This document shows, piece after piece, positions 15,194 to 26,024 of a DNA stretch of 26,024 nucleotides. The notes beneath the pieces are model-generated. The model made no database searches and was not told the DNA's origin. It was given only the letters and a program-made list of their open reading frames with translations. Source of the stretch: a phage; the NCBI GenBank assembly GCA_012702815.1, contig GCA_012702815.1_3927.1; one strand, given 5' to 3'. Made by a program: the position numbers and the translations under genes. Every line of letters starts with the position of its first letter. Position 1 is the first letter of the stretch.

Positions 15194-16047
15194 TAAGAAT
15201 TTCCTTCTTGTTGTGATTTATCTTTTCTGCCTTTGACAATTTGTGCAACCTCAGCCATGATTCCGTATGCACCACCTGCAATAGCTTCTTTACCAACGAT
15301 GAAATAACCACTCTTATTAGACCTATCTACAGTCATATAATCATCGCTCTGTGAGTTTGCTGTTCTGTCAACCTTAAAGTAACCATCAATAACACCAGCA
15401 TCTGCAAGACTCCCTACTAGGTTGGACTCCAGAGAGCCACCAGTGTTATTTGTGACCAGACCTCTGTTAGCATCAGTTACAAACCAGTTCTCTTTATCAT
15501 CAACAATAGCAAGTGATGAATCAGCAACCTCTACAGGTGTCCAAGCGGTCCCATTTAAAGTAACATCTCTTAAGATAACAGCGGAACCAGTGGTTGTTGC
15601 AGAAATCTTTGACAGTGTATATGCAGCATCAAGAACGCTTTTTCTAGTATTAATACGGATAACGATACCACCAGTCTTAGGAGTAATATGCTCAAAAATC
15701 TGAGAGAAAGTTGCACCATACAATGTCATAATTGCTTTTTGCAAGAATGTTGGAGTAGTATCAGAACGTCTTAGGAAGATTTGGATATAAAGCATAGCTC
15801 TGTATGTTTCATCATCAGCACCTAAAGGTCTAGGAACTTTAATCAGTGAGCCAATATTATCAAGTTGTTGACCTACTGACGTCCTGATATTTCTCTCTGT
15901 GTGCATCTGCCAGCAAACATCCTCTAGTGTTTGTAGCTCATCAGTGATTGCTTTCAAGATACTTGTATAGATAAATTTATCTTTAAACTGTGTTACAGTC
16001 CTTTCATCAAGTGTTTTATAATAAACACTATCAATCTTTTCAAACAT
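15193..16047 (-). CDS. baseplate protein (P2 gpI-like position)
   Basis: Sits directly downstream of the baseplate J-like gene; TAATG overlap; RBS AAGGAG. Assignment by gene order, not by motif. Confidence 0.5.
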   Translation of the reverse strand: MFEKIDSVYYKTLDERTVTQFKDKFIYTSILKAITDELQTLEDVCWQMHTERNIRTSVGQQLDNIGSLIKVPRPLGADDETYRAMLYIQIFLRRSDTTPTFLQKAIMTLYGATFSQIFEHITPKTGGIVIRINTRKSVLDAAYTLSKISATTTGSAVILRDVTLNGTAWTPVEVADSSLAIVDDKENWFVTDANRGLVTNNTGGSLESNLVGSLADAGVIDGYFKVDRTANSQSDDYMTVDRSNKSGYFIVGKEAIAGGAYGIMAEVAQIVKGRKDKSQQEGNS

Positions 16048-16049
16048 TA

Positions 16050-17518
16050 TTACTCCTTAGTGATGGTATACTGGCTACTTTCCCAAACAGTATATTGGTC
16101 ACCGTCAACAGTAATTCTTGCTGTAGTATATTGTCCGTCACTAGGTGGAACTGATTGGCTGTTTGATAATGCTACTTTCACCTCATTAATCTCAATACCT
16201 TTGATTACGTCATAGATGTACCCATAAATTCTGTTAGGGATAACATCATTACCAACCTTAAGAGTTCTTCCGTAGGCGTTAATACCTTGCACAATACTAT
16301 CTCTGATATCTTCTTCAGGGATTGTCAAACTTTCTTCGTCATATAATGAGTAAGACACCTTAACAAATGCGTATTTTGGTGTTGGTCTGCTAAAATAAAT
16401 ATTATGTGCTAAACCACCTAAATCATAGGCTGTGCCAAAAATCGAGCCATAAGCCCTAATACCAGCAGGTTTTGTATCCCAGATTGCTTGAGCAACATTA
16501 TCATTTTGACCACCAACTACAACAATCTTAAAAGATTTTGGTGGAAGACCTTCTGAGTTTGTCTCTTCAGTATCATTTTCAACACCTGAAGCATCTGAGA
16601 CACCTTGAACTCTTTTAACAGCAGCTACAATTGCATCCAAAGTCCCTACACCAGTAACTGCTAAGGATTCTAAATATCTCTGTCTAAGTTCTGTGTCAGT
16701 TTCTTCGTTTCTACCAGTTGTTAAGTCATACCTGTTATAGATGCTGTCAAGACCATCAACAGTTGTCTCAATCTCAATAAGAGTCCCAGCTAAAGCAGGA
16801 ATAGCACCAACCTCTTCAGCCACTACATCTGAGATAGTTGTAATCTTTGTAAAGGTCAGAAACGTTGTCGCAGTAACAACCATAGGGTTTGTTCTTGCAA
16901 TGATATCACCCTCATCTTTATAGATTCTTAATGAGGCTCCATCATTGATAACTTCTGCTTTTGCTACAATACCACCATTAATAGTCTCTGATAATTTAGT
17001 TAGTAGTGTGGTAATTGTGTCTGATGAGGTTGGTTTATATGAGAAAATAACGTTATCAATAATAATAACATAATCTGCATCAGTTCGTAAAGAGTTAACT
17101 TCAAGAACAGCTTCAACACAATATGATGGGGTAAGGGTAATATTGTTAACTGGATAAAAGATATTTCCAGCAGTACTTCTCAATCTTGTTGTTGAAGAGA
17201 TGGTAGCACTAGTTGTTCCAGTGAACTCAACCTGACCCCTTGTTGCCTGAGCAACATATCTGTATACAGCATTCAAAGCTGTGATATCATCAAGGTTAAA
17301 TCCTTCAGCCTTGTCAATTGTCCCGCCGTCATAGATTTCTGATAGAATCTCATGTGTATCTGCTAAAGACCTTGCAATTGAAGCTAGGAAGAGACCTAAT
17401 TGGCTATCTTCAGAAACGTCAAGGTTTGGTGAAATATCTCTAAGAAGTCTTGATTTGATATTATCAAAAATTTCCTGATATCTTAGAGTTTGTAATCCTG
17501 TTGTAGTTAATCCTGCCA

Positions 17519-17519
<1 letters not shown>
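16050..17519 (-). CDS. baseplate J-like protein (gp6/gpJ family)
   Basis: 489 aa at the expected position; contains an [10 protein letters not shown] segment of the kind found in baseplate J proteins. Confidence 0.7.
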
Positions 17520-22906
<5,387 letters not shown>

Positions 22907-22907
<1 letters not shown>

Positions 22908-23146
22908 TACATTTTTCCTGCTCTTCTAAGTTCGTTGTAAGCAATTTCCTCTTTATACGACCTCTGAATCTCAAGAAATTGTCTCAATGATAATAAATCA
23001 GAGAATGTCATAGCAAAGAGTTGGTCAAGTGTTTCTTTACACCCTTCCATACCATAAATAGCAAGCACAAATTTCATCTCGTCTGCTTCTTCATAGGTTG
23101 CCTCTACAGCAGCATCAGTCAGTGGTGTCTGTAGAGTGTTACCCAT
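22907..23146 (-). CDS. tail assembly chaperone, downstream (frameshift-extension) ORF
   Basis: 79 aa ORF in the -1 frame relative to the upstream chaperone ORF; that frame stays open back to a TTTTTTC slippery heptamer. Confidence 0.6.
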
Positions 23147-23148
23147 GT

Positions 23149-23547
23149 TTACTGAGAAGTTAGGCTTTTGAAAATGCTTGCTTCGAAAAAACTTCCGAAG
23201 TTTGCCTCCAGCGCAAATGCTAAGTAATCAATAAATTCACCATAGTTTGCTTGGAAGTATGTATCAATATTAAGTGGGAAGTCATCAACAGTTGCCCCTT
23301 GAAATAGTAAGGTAGCCATTTCTTCAAGGTTGATTTCTTCAATTCTGTCAAAACAAGCTTCAACAAGTTCTTTAAATGGAACCATTGGAGCTTCTTTCTT
23401 ATCTTTATCAGTCAGGCTTGACAGCATCTGTGCAAATGTTGGAACAACAATTTTACCCAACTTCATAGACATCTTAATACCATCTCTTGCCCCAAGCAGA
23501 ACGATATTTACTTTCTTACCATTAATTACTCTAGATTCTGTTTTCAT
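23149..23547 (-). CDS. tail assembly chaperone (gpG-like)
   Basis: 132 aa acidic protein between the tube and tape measure genes; contains slippery heptamer U UUU UUC near its 3' end; RBS AAGGAA. Confidence 0.65.
   Translation of the reverse strand: MKTESRVINGKKVNIVLLGARDGIKMSMKLGKIVVPTFAQMLSSLTDKDKKEAPMVPFKELVEACFDRIEEINLEEMATLLFQGATVDDFPLNIDTYFQANYGEFIDYLAFALEANFGSFFEASIFKSLTSQ
23185..23191 (-). other. candidate -1 programmed ribosomal frameshift site (U UUU UUC)
   Basis: On the - strand mRNA the 0-frame codons AGU UUU UUC form an X XXY YYZ heptamer; the -1 frame then reads FFRSKHFQKPNFSVNM without a stop into ORF 22907..23146. Confidence 0.55.
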
Positions 23548-23570
23548 TGTGATTCCTTAATACTTTAAAA

Positions 23571-23607
23571 GAAACAAAAAAGGGGAAGACCTTTTAAAGT
23601 CTCCCCC
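23571..23607 (-). terminator. intrinsic terminator downstream of the tail tube gene
   Basis: 9-bp stem with one mismatch (23582-23590 / 23599-23607); on the - strand it is followed by TTTTTTGTTT (complement of 23571-23580). Confidence 0.5.
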
Positions 23608-23619
23608 TTATAGGATTTA

Positions 23620-24066
23620 TTAAACACTTGACGCTGGAATTGTAGAAGTGTAGTCTAACTTCTCACAACCAAAAATCCAAGTTTTAGAGTTCTGGTCACG
23701 ACCAAGTTCAATCTGTGGTAATTCCTGCAACCAAGCATTAATACCAGTTGCCAGAACAGAGCCTGATGGGTCGTAGATTACGAAGTTAGAAGAGATATCT
23801 TCTTCAAGTTCCATATTGTCTTGTTTAGCTTGAATTGCAGAAAGCATCTGATTAGAGAGAGAAGTCTGCATTAGCTCAATCTCAATAGTACCTGTCTTGT
23901 CTGCATTTCTTGTCAGAGCAACCTGACCACCTGCACCTACAACTGGTGTCACAAGTGGTGATGTTCTCTGTAGACGTAAGAATGAGTCTGGGGCAAAGCC
24001 TTCAATGGCAATACCATTCCAGCTACACACAACGTCTTTAGGGGAATATTGCTGATACATAGCCAT
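23620..24066 (-). CDS. tail tube protein
   Basis: 148 aa ORF immediately downstream of the sheath gene; RBS AGAGGTAA; followed by a terminator hairpin. Confidence 0.7.
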   Translation of the reverse strand: MAMYQQYSPKDVVCSWNGIAIEGFAPDSFLRLQRTSPLVTPVVGAGGQVALTRNADKTGTIEIELMQTSLSNQMLSAIQAKQDNMELEEDISSNFVIYDPSGSVLATGINAWLQELPQIELGRDQNSKTWIFGCEKLDYTSTIPASSV

Positions 24067-24081
24067 TCCAATTTACCTCTA

Positions 24082-25434
24082 TTATTCGTAAGCCACTGTA
24101 CCTTTCAAGTCAACATCCAAGATAGCCCCTGCCAAGATACCTGCGAAGGTAACATCTTTCAGGATACGAGCTTTCTTGTCTGCCAAAGCAACTTGAGAGG
24201 CTTTAGGAACATTAACTGTGTAAGATGACAGGAAGTTTCTGTTGACTGCTCTTTGCAGAGAGGTTTCAATGACTTGACGAATACGGGTAATACCAGTATC
24301 ATCATAAGTAATCTTACCACCCTTCTGGTTAATTAGCAAGTCTCTCAGAGAAGTTTTCAGGTCTGATTCTAACCAGTCAACACCACGGACGATATCAATC
24401 CATTCCCCACCAGAAGTAATCCCTCTACGAACCACTGGAACACCACCATCAAGGTCAATAAAGTTACAGTGACGTGCATCTAAAGCTGACTTCTGAATAC
24501 TTGTCAGAGGTCTCTGATTAGATGGCTGTAGAGAAGCAGCTACGCCAGTTAACTGTGCGTTACCCCAAGCAATTGAACCTGCATCATACGGAGCGCCATA
24601 AGCAATGTATGCCATTTCTGGATAGTCTTCTGCTGCTGTGTGATGCCACAAGCAAACGGTACGAGTGTACTGACTCTTAGCAAGCTGTGCTGGAACATCA
24701 TTTGCACTGGCTAATTCTGTACCTTGTAGGGCTGTTACATCAGAGTTAGCTGTAAAGAAAATCTTCTTACGAGCTTGAATCTCAGAAGCCATTGCTAAGA
24801 CAAACTGTTGAGTTCTATCTTCTGCTGCAATGAAATACCAGTCAGTTGAATAAGCCTCAATAGCTGCCAGAGCAGTCGATGCTGTGTCAGCAGTTGTACT
24901 TGCAATTGACACTGTTTGTGCTGTAGTGGTAACCTTCACGAAGTCATTGTCACCCGCTTTGGTGATTACCATTGTTGCTGAACCACCAGCACCAGTTACA
25001 TTGACGGTAACAAGGTCTTTTACAGAAGGCTCTGCTTCAATCTGAGTTTTAAGCTGCTGTAGCACCTTCTCAGCAGTATCTTCTGACTGTGAAGTGTACT
25101 GGAATGGCTGAGAAACTCCACCGCTCACAGCTACAGTTAAAGAATAGTCGGTGCTCTCAGTAACCTCATCAGGAATTGATACAGTGTACTGCATAGCACG
25201 TCTACCAATATAAAGCTGAGTTACTTTAGGAGTCTGACTCCAAAGTTGTTTAGCAGCCTTATATGCAGCAGAGTTTTCATCGAAATCTTCAGCAACTTCA
25301 GTTAAGGAAGTGTAACCACGGACTCTTTCTTCAAAGTTATCTGTTGAAGCTAAAAATAGTGGTAGCCCAAAACCTTCTCTTGTAGTTCCTGCGGTGTTCA
25401 ATGTAATATCTACATTAACAATTGGATTCCACAT
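24082..25434 (-). CDS. contractile tail sheath protein
   Basis: 450 aa ORF at the head of the sheath-tube-chaperone-tape measure order; RBS AAGGGG. Confidence 0.75.
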   Translation of the reverse strand: MWNPIVNVDITLNTAGTTREGFGLPLFLASTDNFEERVRGYTSLTEVAEDFDENSAAYKAAKQLWSQTPKVTQLYIGRRAMQYTVSIPDEVTESTDYSLTVAVSGGVSQPFQYTSQSEDTAEKVLQQLKTQIEAEPSVKDLVTVNVTGAGGSATMVITKAGDNDFVKVTTTAQTVSIASTTADTASTALAAIEAYSTDWYFIAAEDRTQQFVLAMASEIQARKKIFFTANSDVTALQGTELASANDVPAQLAKSQYTRTVCLWHHTAAEDYPEMAYIAYGAPYDAGSIAWGNAQLTGVAASLQPSNQRPLTSIQKSALDARHCNFIDLDGGVPVVRRGITSGGEWIDIVRGVDWLESDLKTSLRDLLINQKGGKITYDDTGITRIRQVIETSLQRAVNRNFLSSYTVNVPKASQVALADKKARILKDVTFAGILAGAILDVDLKGTVAYE

Positions 25435-26024
25435 TTATTTTACCCCTTTGGAGTCTACATCTAGATGGATAGTATATTCTGGTGGCTCTTGTCCTTCTTC
25501 GTAAACTAATTCACCATCAACAATGACACGCTCAATAATACTTCCACGTTCATCTTTCAGGACTGAATTTTTTACAAGAGTTACAACAAGAGGTGCAGAA
25601 TTTTCGAAATCTGTATTAAGATAAGTGTAGTCATTTGGGATGGCTCCAGTGTCTAAAACTGTAGCTCCTGTCTCTTCAAGAATTAAATCTCTGACTGAAC
25701 TCATCTCTAATCGTTGTTTAAGCTCAAGCATAATACTGTGAGCACCTTTACCATTTACCGTAATTAATACTGGAATTTGAAAAGCAATTCTGTAGCAAAC
25801 TACATCATCCTCAACAAACTTATCAAGAACCCAACCATAAGGTGTTGCAGCATCTTGACAATATACGGTAATAAATGGCTGGTCAGGTTTTAAACCTTTG
25901 TCATTTGAGTTATCAGAAGGGTAAGCTCTAATTACATTTGGTCTATTATTTTTATCACGAGCTAGTCTGTGACCAATAACATCCACTAAGGTTCTAACTA
26001 GACCTTTTTCAAGTTCTGCTGTTT
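25435..26024 (-). CDS. virion structural protein upstream of sheath, 5'-partial (start beyond window)
   Basis: ORF track starts at GTG 25986, but the frame stays open to the window edge with no convincing RBS, so the gene probably begins outside the window. Confidence 0.55.
   Translation of the reverse strand, partial: TAELEKGLVRTLVDVIGHRLARDKNNRPNVIRAYPSDNSNDKGLKPDQPFITVYCQDAATPYGWVLDKFVEDDVVCYRIAFQIPVLITVNGKGAHSIMLELKQRLEMSSVRDLILEETGATVLDTGAIPNDYTYLNTDFENSAPLVVTLVKNSVLKDERGSIIERVIVDGELVYEEGQEPPEYTIHLDVDSKGVK

Overview
This window reads as a 26 kb segment of an AT-rich tailed dsDNA phage genome with a contractile (myovirus-type) tail. All calls are from motif recognition and gene order by eye; no database search was possible. 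Positions 1-10615 carry + strand replication, nucleotide-metabolism and early genes: a family A DNA polymerase with 3'-5' exonuclease domain, an ATP-dependent DNA ligase, dihydrofolate reductase, thymidylate synthase, an XRE-type HTH regulator, a lipoprotein, a signal-peptide protein and several small proteins. Positions 10654-26024 carry a - strand tail module in the usual order: sheath, tube, chaperone pair with a -1 frameshift site, tape measure, baseplate proteins and two tail fibres with HxH motifs, then two small membrane proteins. The two arms converge on a bidirectional terminator near 10626-10645. The most unusual content is two intergenic islands (5342-5670 and 6769-7040) that bracket a two-gene cassette. 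Each holds two copies of a composite module: a near-identical ~33 nt header of phased TTAAGAG-like heptamers, a strictly 5-nt-phased NGTNN array of 12-19 units, and a hairpin whose loop is conserved while the stem co-varies between copies. I cannot assign a function to these modules; candidates are a structured non-coding RNA that titrates a protein, a protein-binding array, or an origin or priming region. No tRNA, rRNA, CRISPR array, integrase or transposase was found.
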